Notes under the pieces: model-generated
Told to the model about the DNA's origin: nothing
Seen by the model: the letters and a program-made list of their open reading frames with translations, nothing else
The model's database searches: none
Program-made: the position numbers and the translations under genes
Part shown: one piece after another, positions 1 through 12,644 of the stretch
Layout of the letters: each line of letters starts with the position of its first letter
Position numbering within the stretch: position 1 is the first letter of the stretch
Origin: Schmidtea polychroa
Lineage: Eukaryota
Direction of reading: 5' to 3'
Assembly (NCBI GenBank): GCA_044892525.1
Contig: CM097885.1
Coordinates: 12,464,001-12,528,000, forward strand
DNA length: 64,000 nt

Positions 1-2689
1 TTTATAGAAAAATCTGAGAGAGAATTTTGTGAAAACAGACATATTTGCAATTAGAAATTTTCGATACACAAACAAACAAAGGATATTAATACGAAAATTA
101 CATTAAGTGATTGACAGATTGTGAAACAGAAACGACCACAACTTAGATGTTTTGATTAGAATTTCGTCCTAGTAACGAAAAATCATCGAAAGAACGGGAA
201 ACAGAATGAGAAAACGAGAAAAACAATTCAGAAATCGAATATTCACGTTTTCCAAATAGAATATATTTTATCCTGATCTTCCGAGTTCCAATAACTTGCC
301 AATTCATAATTAAAAGAGATCGTGTTGAGACGAATTCATTAATCCGGATTAAATTATTGAATTAATAGTTGTAAAATCAAAATCGTGCCCAAAGCTTTGG
401 ATCACTTTCGGTGTACTGGGGAAGCACCCCCAAAATAGCTTCTTACTCATCTGTATTTTAATAGCGTAGATCGTTGAGATGAAAATTTTACTTTTGGTTG
501 GCATAGATTTGAAAAGAGAGAAAATTCAATGTAAACTTTGTAATTAATTAATTAGATATAAATAAAAGTATGATTGCAAATGAGTATGATTGCAAATGAG
601 TATGTACACTAATTTTATTATTATTAATAATAATATTATTATTATAATTAAAATAAAAGATTCTTCTTTCTGTTTTTGGTATTTTATTTTATTATTATTT
701 TTTATTTTTTTCATCGGCACTGTCATAATTTAATTTTTTTTATAGCAAGATTTGCAATTTTTGATTTTCGGAATGTCAATGTATCTGATATTTTGACTAT
801 ATTATAATTTTTAAAGTTTTTTTCTAGATTATTTTCAACAGAAAATTTCAGTTATTTCCAATAATTAGCCAGTGTGCGATTTTAGTCAAGTTAGGTGAAT
901 AAAACGGCATCCAATAAGCGCGCATTTTTGCAGAGAATCCCGACTTAATGAATTAAGTAATTTTAATCTAATTTAATCAAGAAATTAAACCAAATCACTT
1001 ATTTTATTATTTCTTTTGATGAATTCGTGAGAAGCTCTACAAATTGTTGAAGATATACAGATTTATAAAAATACTTATAGAAGATTTATAGAACATACCC
1101 GATTGCGATGACCAAGACCATGAATCACTGCTTGATTCAAAAATTTACTGAATACTGATCAAGATTTGAATGAAATGGAAAACTTGATTTATTTTTTATA
1201 TGATATTATTATTATTAGAAATTGATAGTTAAGGGAAACCCGATGAAAAACAGATAATCAATAATTATGTCGAATAAAAATAAAAACTGTTTAAAAAGAA
1301 AAATTAAAAAAGCAGAAAATATAATTGACGACCGATTTGTATGGACAAAGGATGGAACAAATAATAAGTGATGATAACATTTTCCATTCAAAGTATGTAT
1401 AAGGAATATTAATATTAAATTAATCACATTTGATTTTAATTGTCCTTGGATTATTAGCTATAAGAAATTAACGCGTCTAAAGAAGCCTCCATTATAATTA
1501 CAAAATTGTAGATAATCGTATCGAGTACAACACTATCATCAATTTGAAAACAGTCCAACAAAAGAAAAAATTATTCGAGGAAATATTTTATACATTATTT
1601 GATGATGAAATTATATGGTCTCGAATTATTATAGGTTTCATGTGTATGAAACATATTTTAGAGAAATCGGGCTCAGACTTTGAAAGTTATTTTCAATGGT
1701 CTGTAGAGGTATTATTTTGATTGATCAAATTGACATCATCAATTTTTAGATTAGTGAATCAAAAATTATGCCATGGGTCGATGGTCATGGTGGATGAATA
1801 TTATCATGATTAGACTAGCTAAAAAAGCAAAAGAGAATGATGCCAGATGTGAAAAACTACTCAATGGGTTAGGAGTTGTATATACATGTATAAAAGTGTA
1901 TCAAAAACTGTAATAAATCTTTATAAATATTGTTGTTATTTAAATAATGGTTATAAACAAAATTATTTATCATTTTAAATTATTTTCAACTGTGTCAGAA
2001 AAGGTAAAATATGATTTTTTTTAAAATTTTTATTTAGAATATATAATCAACCTTTTAATTGATAAATAAGAGGAAATATCTAATGTAAAAATTAGAGAAT
2101 TTATGTTGCAGAGAAATTAAAATGGACGTATTCAGACGATGAAATTAGTGAAGAAAATATGTCAGATACAGACGAATATGAAAATTTTTCCAAGCACGAA
2201 GATGATAATGAATGTAATGATTTACCTAGTGAAGAAATTAAGTCATGTATTGAGAATTCTACAACGGATAAATTACAAATGGACCTAAACTAGAAGATGA
2301 ATCTAATGATTTTCCTAATTGTATTGATCATTTTGTTGAAAATATGACGAAAAGAAATTGTAAAGATCAAACTCCACATGTGATAATTAATAAATTTAAA
2401 ACTTGATTTCGTTATTTATGTTGAAGTCTAAAAATGAGATTCCTAAATTTACTATTTCTTATTATAATATGAAATAAGATGGAGACGTTTGTTTTAAAAT
2501 TTTTATTATGTATAACAAAATTTACCAATATCGTTCCAATACAGATTCTTTCAGAAAATCTAGTATACGAAAAGTGCGTGCAAATTTGTATTTGTGTGTT
2601 TTATATGCGCGATATGTTACGTGTGTTTCTTGAAATCAAATGAGGATTTACCTTCTTAGATTACGATCTAATATGGTTTAATTTTTGGG

Positions 2690-4468
2690 CGACTAATACA
2701 AATATATATTGACATGTATTGATGTTTTCAGCTGTTTTGCACGAAGAATTCCTACCAAAGCTAAGTCTGCCGAGGAAATATCCAAAGCAATTAAACTCAT
2801 GTTTACAGATGGATATCCAGACAACTTACAAACAGATTTGGGTAAAATATTCGTACTATCCAATTCATTATTTTTCTTTAGGAAACGAATTTTACAACAG
2901 TAAAGTGAAAATAATCATGGATAAACTCAAAATCAATCATTACTCTGCGCATTCTCAATTCAAAGCCGCTCATGTTGAAACATTTAATCGAACCGTGAGA
3001 GATAAACTGAAAAAATGGTTTGTGCATCAAGGTAATAAGACATGAATAAATGTTTTTCCTCAAATTATATATGGTTATAATTATTCATTGCATCAAGGTT
3101 TGAAAGATTCAAAACACCCTATTGATTTACAGTTTTTGAAAAAGGCTGAAAAAATCAAAATTTAAAATCGGTGATCATGTTAGAATTAGTAAAATCAGTG
3201 CATCTCCATTCTTAAACATTTTTGATACAAACTGGAGTAATGAAGTTTTTAGAATCTCAAAAATCAATACTAAACAATATCCAGTATTGTATGTCATTAA
3301 AGACTATGATAATAAAAAATTGATGGTAAATTTTGTTGGGTTATTGTGTTGGTGATAAATTTCAAATGCTACTCTGACTCCAAGCGTGTCTTCATATGAT
3401 TCACAAATAACACTTGACAACATAAATCTTTATTGATAATCACAAATAAACTTTCACTTGACACTGACAATAAATTCAACACTCTGTTTGGTGACTATAC
3501 AATGCTTATTACAACTTTCGGTGAGGAATAGCACTTGTGTATAACACCGGGTTTAAAGATCACAAATTACTTATTGGTTTCTAAACTGGGACTTTGAGCT
3601 GGTTGTTTTCTTTGACTTTCTTCACAACTATATTCGAATAATCAAACAACTTCTTTTCGTTTTATTTTTCAACTAATTTTCTCCAACTATTCTCCAATAA
3701 TTATTCTCCACAATTATTTCCTTTGCAATTATTTTGACAATCGTTTGTCCAACAACGTTTCCTCCAACGTCTAATTTTCTCCAATAATTTTATCTCTCAA
3801 ATCGTCTTCCAAATTGTTTTCAATTTCGCGTCACTTTGTCTCTAATTTTCTTCTCTCTTTTGTTCTAATTTCATGTTCACCAGTTTTTCCTTATATAGTT
3901 CGCTTCTCTTGTGGCACTCCAGATAATCAAGTGTTTTTCCATTTTCCTTCTGCTTTTCCCGACTGTCCCATTTTTATCTCTGACAGCTGTCAAGTTGTTT
4001 TCCCTTTTCCCTTTTTTGTTTGACCGCCTTCTCCCAATAATTCTATTATCACTGGCAAGGTGTCGAGATAAAGATATTGTTGTTTTCCTTTTTCCCCGAT
4101 TTCAAAATTCCTTTTCCTTTTTGTACTGACCTTGGTTTTCATTTTCCTGTTTGATTCCTTTTATTTCCTTTATCTTTCTCATTTTTAGTTTCTTTTTACT
4201 TCCGTTTTCTTTTCTGAGTTCCAATAGATCGCCCCGTTTGTCATGGCGATCTTCCCCCAGGTAATTTTATTTATTTCTTTATAAATTGTTATTTAGGTAT
4301 CCTCAACAATTTTATGAACAACAATTAAAAGTCATTCCTTCACCAAAAGTATTTAAAATTCAAAAAATATTGAAAACTAAAAATACTGGTGAGGATAAAC
4401 AATACTATGTCAAATGGCATGGATATCAAAACCAGATATTGATATCAGCAAAAGATTTAGTAAAGTAG
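2690..4468 (+). mobile_element. Maverick/Polinton retroviral-type integrase with C-terminal chromodomain; frameshifted and split by an inserted element
   Basis: Motifs LTCIDVFS, PDNLQTDLG(N)EFYN and KAAHVETFNRT, followed by FKIGDHVRISK. Removing 3334-4312 restores IDGKFYEQQL, which continues into KILKTK...QYYVKWHGY (chromodomain). Confidence 0.85.
3334..4308 (+). mobile_element. Family A element (solo-LTR-like, 975 bp), copy 1
   Basis: Ends TGTTG...CAACA; 4-bp TSD ATTT (3330-3333 and 4309-4312); interrupts the integrase reading frame; homologous copies elsewhere in the window. Confidence 0.85.
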
Positions 4469-4529
4469 TTTTTTATAGTATTTTATCGAGCAATATTTGC
4501 ACGTTAAGTCATCCAAACAATCAAGCAAG

Positions 4530-5397
4530 CTAATTCATAATTGATCTACAAAACCCAATATATTTAAATGGTAATTGGGAAGTTGCTTTGTTGGATTTCA
4601 CTTTTGTGTATAGACTGTTTGCACTTTACAGTAAATCTACAATTATATACACAACGATGGAACTGATTAAAGAAAATAAAATAATTTTCATCCATAACAA
4701 GGAAAAATATTTTTCAATAGTTCAAGATGATTATAATTCCAATGAAATCATTCATCATGATCTTGCATTACATATCATCTCAAAGTGCGCATCGTTCAGT
4801 ATTATATTTGAGTCAATTGAACATCCAAAAAGATTAGGTTTTCCAAATTTATATAACAAAATCAATACTAATCAATATATAATATCACTTCCTGCATTCG
4901 AAATGGAGAAAAAACAAAAAATCCAGATGATAATAACATGTTATAATGAAAAAACCTTTACTTACACATTTAAAGACGATTTATATATAACTGAAATAGA
5001 TCAATTACAAACTTATTTATTGGAAAATTGTGCAATGATTTTTGAATCAGTTGATCTTGTGAAAAATAAAAAAATTAAATTTAAAATTAAAGACACAATC
5101 GCAAGTGTCCAGTTTGATAATAACTTGACAACGCCACTGAGATTACCAAAAAATAAGTATATTAAAGATGGTAAAACTAATGAAGGTTTGGTCTTGCGGA
5201 AAATAATTAAACTTCATCAACAAATGTTCATTTACAGTAATATTATTGAGCCCATCATTGTTGGTGATTCTAATGTTCCTTTATTGAAATCAATATGGGT
5301 TGAAAAATATGAACAGGATGAAGTTGTACAAATCACCATAGAAAATCCCGTGTATTTACATGTTTCTAGCAGCAGTCAATACTTGAGTTTTATATAA
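4530..5397 (+). mobile_element. Maverick/Polinton minor capsid (penton)-like ORF with damaged 5' end
   Basis: N-terminal DLQNPIYLNGNWEVALLDF and C-terminal MFIYSNIIEPIIVGDSNVPLLK...ENPVYLHV resemble conserved blocks of Polinton minor capsid proteins; lies directly after the integrase. Confidence 0.7.
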
Positions 5398-5607
5398 AGA
5401 GGTCACACGAGTAAAAATCTTAAGAAAAGATTTTATTTTACAATTGACTTAAGAACTAAGAGATAATTATGACCTTGACGTCGAAAATACTCAGGATATT
5501 GAAACATGGTTGACTTATCAAGTTCAAGTGTCATGAAGAGAAATAGAACTAAGGACGTAGGTGCTAAATGTAATAAAAAAATGTGCAGATAATAAATGTA
5601 AGAAAAA

Positions 5608-5774
<167 letters not shown>

Positions 5775-6269
5775 AAATTTGTTTTGGATAAAGTTTCTGT
5801 ATTATTATTTTTTATTTATTGACATATTTAACATTATTTATTTTTGAAAAACTGCAATTTTGATGTTTCAGTCAAATTGACTCATTTCACAAAAAATAGA
5901 TATATACCAAACATTGGGCTATCTAGTTTTAAAAATAACAAACTAAACCTTTAATATGGATTAAGTATATATTCTCAATAGATGAAAATATATTTGTGTG
6001 TACCTCTGAATGTGCCTTTGAATAACAGTTTTGCACCACTTATCTTGTATTTACGTATCAATTATGAATAAAGTTCAACTGTATTGACAATAAACTTTGA
6101 ACTATATAGATATATCTTTATAAATTGTGTAGAAAAATAATATTCTGATAACGCGTCTATGATAAACAACAGGAAAATGACGATGTTGGTTCTAATAGGT
6201 AATAAAGATCATCACCAATCATGTCAAGAGACGAAAACATTGACGATGTAGCGACTAAGAAAAAGTTAC

Positions 6270-6555
6270 TTCATAAAGTTTGAAATTATCAAAAATTCTA
6301 CTTGAAGTTTGTGTTCAAAAACATTTAAAAACTAATCATCCTGAACATGAACTACCATATTTTGAACAATGTCTAAAAACATTTAATACTCAAACCAGGG
6401 ATTTTCAAATAATGATAAATGTTTGGAAGCTTCTCTTGAGGTTTCATACTTATTTGCAAAAGAAAAAATCCCGCAGTGCCAAAATCCAAATGATGGAAAT
6501 AATTTACGGAAAAGAATATATTTACAAAATGAAATGTATTGGCTTGAGTTGAATT
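6270..6555 (+). mobile_element. hAT (Buster/Charlie, ZBED5-like) transposase remnant
   Basis: HLKTNHPEH...YFEQ followed, in a shifted frame, by LEASLEVSYLFAKEKIP. Confidence 0.6.
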
Positions 6556-7419
6556 GGTTGGTATTAAGTTTGTCAGTACATTTATTCAGTATTTTAATTA
6601 ATCGGTAAGTATACGATTGGTCAGTAACTATATTGAATTGTACATAATAAAATTGATTTGATTAATTAAAAAAAATGGATTGTTAGTAATTAATTGAACA
6701 TTGTCTCAGTACCCTTAATATATTTCAGTTAATGGTTAAAAATGACAATAAATATTTTTTAGGGAATACATCAGTGATGGAGATACTCCAACGACTTCAA
6801 ACCGAGAGAAAAAAAGAGATCCAGGAAAGGAAATAGAAATACAATACTGCAAAAACAAGTCATGAATGTGATAAATGACATTTGTGGTAAATTCTGGGTT
6901 TATAGTTAATAAATAATTTACTTATTTCGCTGGTTAAAAAAAATTATCTCAGGTCACCACTTTGTGTTTGTCGCACTTGTCTTTAAATAGAAAAAGTAGC
7001 GACTTATATGTAGGAATATACGGTACTATCGATATAGTAAAGCCAAAAGAAGATACCGTAATCAGTATCCTATCAAGATGTATTTTCTATATAAAAACAT
7101 CTGAGTAATTTGTGGAATATAAAACAATACTACAAACTACGACAATTTACAAGAAAGCAATCGATTATCTAAAGAAGTTAAAGATAGAATAGATCAAGAA
7201 TTTAATAATGTACTGAAACCTAAATGGGTTTCAGAAAACATAGAGGTATTTTAAATAAACTGATAAACTAGGCACCGGGTCTGTGTGGGGTGCTGGTCAT
7301 AACCACGCTTAGGCAGTTCATTATGCCCGAAGACAGAAAACTGCACTGTAAAATTCCATTGAGATATCAAGATATCAAGACAGACCAACGAGCATATTTA
7401 CACCCGTATCTGACTGCAC

Positions 7420-8060
7420 GCGAATTGAGCAGGTATGATAGCATAACTTGTAGCTCCTGCTGTATACTATAAATCGGCGTCGATACTTAACGATACTTTC
7501 ATGGTGTACACGTCGTCTTATTATATCCATCAATGTAATTCTATCCCTTCTTCTTACTTGTTCAAAAAAAATTGATTTATATTGCCACTCACAACCCCTC
7601 CCACTATCCACTTTTGTCCTCGTAATCTTCTTCCCCTCCATGATTTTTGCTTGACCAAAAAACACTCGTCAATTTCACACAAAACATCCACGCCCGCCTA
7701 TCTTCCTATATTTATCGAAATCAGCATATTTCCAACAAATTATCACTTTTTATTTTTTGGTAACAACCACAAATTGTACTTTCATTCGTATTTGCGTCTA
7801 TCGCTGCGATGCAAGCTAAAACCCCGAGACGCCACAAATTAACGATATAAAAAATTATAAATATACTTAGTAGGATCTTTTCAAAAATACTACTAGTCAA
7901 AATCGATTGCGTTATTATACATTTTTTACCATGTCTCGATTTATAACATGCGTAGATGGTTGGATCAGTCACGACATTTTGGAACAAACAGAATTAATTC
8001 CTCGATAAGGAAGCGAATTATAAAATCTTCGTTTTGGCAATTGAATAGAAAATTTTTTGA
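7420..8060 (-). mobile_element. Merlin (IS1016/ISXO2-like) transposase remnant
   Basis: Across frameshifts: KIGGRG..CEIDECFLVKQKSWRGRRLRGQKWIVGGV...FFEQVRRRDRITLMDIIRRRV. Confidence 0.75.
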
Positions 8061-8134
8061 ATCCACGGGTATATATAAATATGATTAATTTTAATTTTCA
8101 TTGTGTTATTTTTTGTATGTATTATATTTTATTA

Positions 8135-8240
8135 TGATATTAATATTGATATTAATATTGATATTAATATTGATATTAATATTGATATTAATATTGATAT
8201 TAATATTGATATTAATATTGATATTAATATTGATATTAAT
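8135..8240. repeat. 12-bp tandem repeat (ATATTAATATTG)n
   Basis: About 9 near-perfect units. Confidence 0.95.
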
Positions 8241-8352
8241 TATGATATTAATATATATTCTAATTGCTAATTGTCATTTGATTTTTTTTAATGATACTGT
8301 GTATAATGCAGGTTAACCGTTTTTTTATATTAATTAAAATATTTTGAGCATC

Positions 8353-8880
8353 ATGGAATATGTAACGTCAGAGAAGGGACAAGAAAAACTTACAAGGATT
8401 CGTATATGTGTCAAGCAGAAAAATCTAGCAAAAGGTGTGGTGTCGTTCGAATGTGAGAAACGTGGATTTGCAGCCGCCTGTAAAGCCAAGATGAAAGTTG
8501 TTGGAAATCAAATTGTTGTCTGACTTCACGAATACATACATGGACCAGATTCAACAAGAAGAGAAGTTTTGAGAGCAGTTCAACACAAGAAGACACGGGC
8601 TTAAGAAACAGAAGAAACACCTCAACAAATCATCACTCAGAGTGTATCAACGATAACCAGACATGCTGTTGAAAAGTTGCCAACCGTTCATCATCTCCGA
8701 TATCCGACGAGTCAGACAATGAGCAAATAACCTCATTCGAGTTCCGCTAACTGCTGAAGAATTCGTCATTCCAGATCAGTACAAAAAAACAAGTGACGGT
8801 CAGAATTTTCTTTTGTACTATTCTGGTCCAGCAGTAAACCGAATTCTAATCTTTGGAACACTTGAGAATTGAATGTGTTG
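8353..8880 (+). mobile_element. MULE transposase remnant (FLYWCH zinc finger plus N-terminal region)
   Basis: MEYVTSEKGQEKL...FECEKRG...CKAKMKV...HEHTHGPD, and later IPDQYKKTSDGQNFLLYYSG..NRILIFGT; contains stops and frameshifts. Confidence 0.75.
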
Positions 8881-9151
8881 TACAATCTCCACACGTGTTT
8901 CTCGACCAAAATTTCATTGATTAATACTTGTTACATTTAATAAACATGTTTTGTAGTTATAGTTTGTTTCTGAAATGCCATTTAGTTATTATTATATACA
9001 TATTTTATTACTTTTGAATAAACAATTAATAAATAATTAATTAACTAAACAAAAATTTAATTAAATAATTAATTAATAATTACTAATTAATAAACTACAA
9101 TGTCTTTATTATTATATACATACTAAAATATATGCATTATTAACAAGAGTA

Positions 9152-9892
9152 TTTGTCCAGGAGGGATATTGTCCAGGGGCCTGTAGTCCAGGGGTTGTTG
9201 TCCGGGGGGATATTGTCCAGGGGTTATTGTCCGGGGGTTATTGTCCGGGGGGATATTGTCCAGGAGGGATATTGTCCTGGGGATATTGTCCATGTGATAT
9301 TGTCCAGGGGGATATTGTCCAGGTGATATTGCCCGTGGGATATTGTCCAGGGGCCTGTTGTCCAGGGGTTGTTGTCCGGGGGGATATTGTCCAGGAGGGA
9401 TATTGTCCCGGGCGATATTGTCCATGTGATATTGTCCGGGGATATTGTCCAGGGGTAATTATCCAGGGAGGATATTGTCCATGTGATATTGTCCAGGGGG
9501 ATATTGTCCAGGTGATATTGCCCGTGGGATATTGTCCAGGGGCCTGTTGTCCAGGGGTTGTTGTCCGGGGGGATATTGTCCAGGAGGGATATTGTCCCGG
9601 GCGATATTGTCCGGGGTTATTGTCCGGGGATATTGTCCAGGGGTAATTATCCAGAGGGTAATTGTCCATGGAGGATATTGTCCATGTGATATTATCCAGG
9701 TGATATTGTCCGTGGGATATTGTCCAGGGGCCTGTTGTTCAGGGAAATATTGCCCAGGGGCTGTTGTCCGGTGGATATTGTCCAGGGAGTAATTGTCTAG
9801 GGGCTAATTGTCTAATGGGATATTGTCCAGGGGAGAAATTTCCGAGGGATATTGTCCAGGTAATATTGTCCGGGGAATATTGCCCTGATACC
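9152..9892. repeat. GC-rich minisatellite (GGATATTGTCCAG-type units with a higher-order duplication), probably MULE subterminal repeats
   Basis: Dozens of TTGTCC-core units; roughly 9280-9440 recurs at roughly 9460-9620; directly follows the MULE remnant. Confidence 0.85.
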
Positions 9893-9929
9893 ATGAACAA
9901 GATCAAGTTACCAAAGAGCAAATGTCAAA

Positions 9930-10160
9930 TTACAAAGATATGCACTAGAAAACTTTGGAACAGTTCAAAAAAGAGCTTTGGCGTGTGAGTAATTGAAGTA
10001 CCAAATGAACCAAGAAAATGGAGAGAAGGCAAGTGTACTTGTCAAGAATATTTAAAGAAATACATTTGCAAACACGCAATTGGCATAGCTCTTCGTTTCA
10101 AATCAGCTCAATGTCCAAATACAGTTAAAGATATAGCAATCGGTGAAGCAAAAGCATTTT
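9930..10160 (+). mobile_element. MULE C-terminal SWIM zinc finger remnant
   Basis: WREGKCTCQEYLKKYICKHAIGIA matches the CxCxnCxH SWIM pattern. Confidence 0.75.
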
Positions 10161-10214
10161 TAAAAGCGAGAATTTTAATATTATTTTATGACACATCGTA
10201 TAATAAAAACCAAA

Positions 10215-10570
10215 TAGCCTGTAATAGCTTGACCAGCTGGTAGTTCATAACTCTTTTCAAGTAACGATGAAAAAACAGCAGTTTGCATTTTTTCCCAAAT
10301 CAATAGCAATCTAATACAATTTTTCATTAATATTTCGAGTAAATTCTCTTTCGGCCTTAGTTGTAATTTTCATTTGAGAATCAGTAAAGAGTCTTCCACC
10401 TAAATCAATTCTACAAATACCATGAGATAGAGCATATCCTTCATAAATTGGCATCATATGTGGTACATCATCTCCGGAGTCTTTCATATGTTGAGCTTCA
10501 ACATCAATTTCATTATCAACACTAACGGTTCCGTATCCATTATCAATAACGAAAGCGATATCCTTTTTCA
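10215..10570 (-). pseudogene. Actin-derived pseudogene with internal deletions
   Basis: [37 protein letters not shown] and [16 protein letters not shown], then after a stop LEKSYELPAGQAI; these are collinear actin motifs with long segments missing. Confidence 0.85.
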
Positions 10571-10957
10571 AACTAAATATTTGAAAGTAAAAGAAATGAA
10601 ATTCACTAATCCAAAATTTCCAGAAACGAATCGATTCAAAATAAAAATTCAATTAGAAAAAACCTCCAACATTCCGAACATTAAAAATGACATTGTCTCG
10701 CGTCTATGTGCGCACCTAATAGACAAACCAAAAACCAACGCGCACACAGACGCGCTACATAAATTATCCATCCTCTGGAATTAACCACTGATAATAAAGC
10801 AAAATGTCCAATTTATGAAGTATATATTGTTGTGTATAATATGCATGTCCGAAACACACATCCGAATACATACTTTGAGGACATTAAAAAGTCGTTTTAA
10901 TATTTGTTGATTGTTAATACGAATGCTATGGAAGTGTTTTATTAAGGCTAGTATTTA

Positions 10958-11128
10958 ATTGAGCATTAATAATATATTGAATGAACATTAATAATATATT
11001 GAATGAGCATTAATAATATATTGAATGAGCATTAATAATATATTGAATGAGCATTAATAATATATTGAATGAGCATAAATAATATATTGAATTAGCATCA
11101 ATAATATATCGAATGAGCATTAATATAA
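10958..11128. repeat. 22-bp tandem repeat (GAGCATTAATAATATATTGAAT)n
   Basis: About 7 units. Confidence 0.9.
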
Positions 11129-11269
11129 TAAATCTTTAGCAGTAATTTAATATCATTATAGAAATTATTTTTGAGCATTAATTTATTTAAAGAACTACAT
11201 TAATTTAAATGAAAAAATTAATTAATCAATTTAAGAAAAAACAGACAAAAAAGACCATTATTTAATATT

Positions 11270-11850
11270 ATCTTTGTCTTAGTAAAGCTTTTTTAGCTTT
11301 CGAAGGTCTTCTTTCCTTGCGCTTGGTTCCAATATCGACATTTTTTGCCCCTGGCTGTGATTTGCAATACTTTAATCTGATCGTCATACCTATAAAATGT
11401 TTGCAAATGTAGTGCTTTAGAAATGCAGGATAGGTACAAGTACCCGTCTTCCATATTTCTCCATTATTTGGTATGGAGACACACCAAAAGCCGAATTGTG
11501 TAGATCGAAAGGCCTTGAAAGTATTAAATCCACCTTTTTCGAAGCATTTTATATCTTGATCTGAGATTTTAACTGTTTCGCCTGATTATACATAATATGT
11601 TGTAGTCTCTATATCCATATATGGTATTGAAATCATATCATTGTTTGACTTTGCCCGATTGTATCCATCAGTTCGAAATGAAAGTTGAATAGTTGTTTCT
11701 TCCTTGTAACATTTTGAACTTATATCTCTTGGATCGCGCTTTTTTGACCACTTTTTAATAATTTCAAAAAAACCACATTAAACCTTGAGAGAACTAAAAG
11801 TTTGCGTAGGGTATCTTCATCTTTGATAACACGGTTGGTCGCTTCGCTTG
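11270..11850 (-). mobile_element. MULE transposase C-terminal (SWIM) remnant
   Basis: WKTGTCTYPAFLKHYICKHFIGMTIRLK...IGTKRKERRPSKAKKALLRQ; homologous to the 9930-10160 fragment, opposite strand. Confidence 0.75.
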
Positions 11851-12129
11851 TTTTGAGCGTTTTATATTAGAAGCCGTGTTATCTTGGGTGTTGTCTATCT
11901 GCTATTCTATATCGCTTGAATAGTGTGCTACGTGTTGCAATTGAGACATTTAAAGCTTTGAATTTAAAATATTGTTAATTCCAAATTAATAATGCGCACA
12001 TGCTTATTTTAATATAATTAATGCTCGATTAAATATTGCTCTTTTATTAATTTAATAATTAATATCTTATTTAAATAAATACTGTTTTTTCATAGTTATT
12101 TCATAAAGTTACTGTAATATTTTATTAAT

Positions 12130-12348
12130 TTAATTATCAATTTCATAATTTAATAATCAATTTCATAATTTAATAATCAATTTCATAATTTAATAATCAA
12201 TTTCATAATTTAATAATCAATTTCATGATTTAATAATCAATTTCATAATTTAATAATCAATTTCATAATTTAATAATGAATTTCATAATTTTATAATCAA
12301 TTTCATAATTTAATAATCAATTTCATAATTTTAATAATCAATTCAATA
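12130..12348. repeat. 20-bp tandem repeat (AATCAATTTCATAATTTAAT)n
   Basis: About 10 units. Confidence 0.9.
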
Positions 12349-12644
12349 ATTTCTCTGTCAAAATATTGTAAATAACTAATTATATATTCGGCTGCCAGTG
12401 TGAATTTTGTGTTAAATTATTTTTTAATATTTTTAAAGAGTTAAATGAAAAATTCAACAAATAATTTATTGATTTTCCCCTCAATTTTAAGATAAGCAAA
12501 TCAATATTCTTCATTTTGAGTTCACATAATTGGTCAGTTGTTGTTATGGTTTAAAATTTTAAAATATTTTAAAAAAATTAATAATAATCAATAATAATTA
12601 TGGAGTTAGAAAGAAAATTTAATTAAATTGATTAATTAACTTAC

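Noticed and set aside
9123..9988. GYCPG / PGQYP repeat ORFs that resemble minicollagen or other repetitive proteins
   Set aside because: Open in several frames on both strands because of a GC-rich minisatellite; no signal peptide or gene structure; adjacent to a MULE remnant.
10958..12348. 20-22 bp repeat arrays as CRISPR
   Set aside because: Head-to-tail repeats with no unique spacers, no cas genes, and a eukaryotic context.
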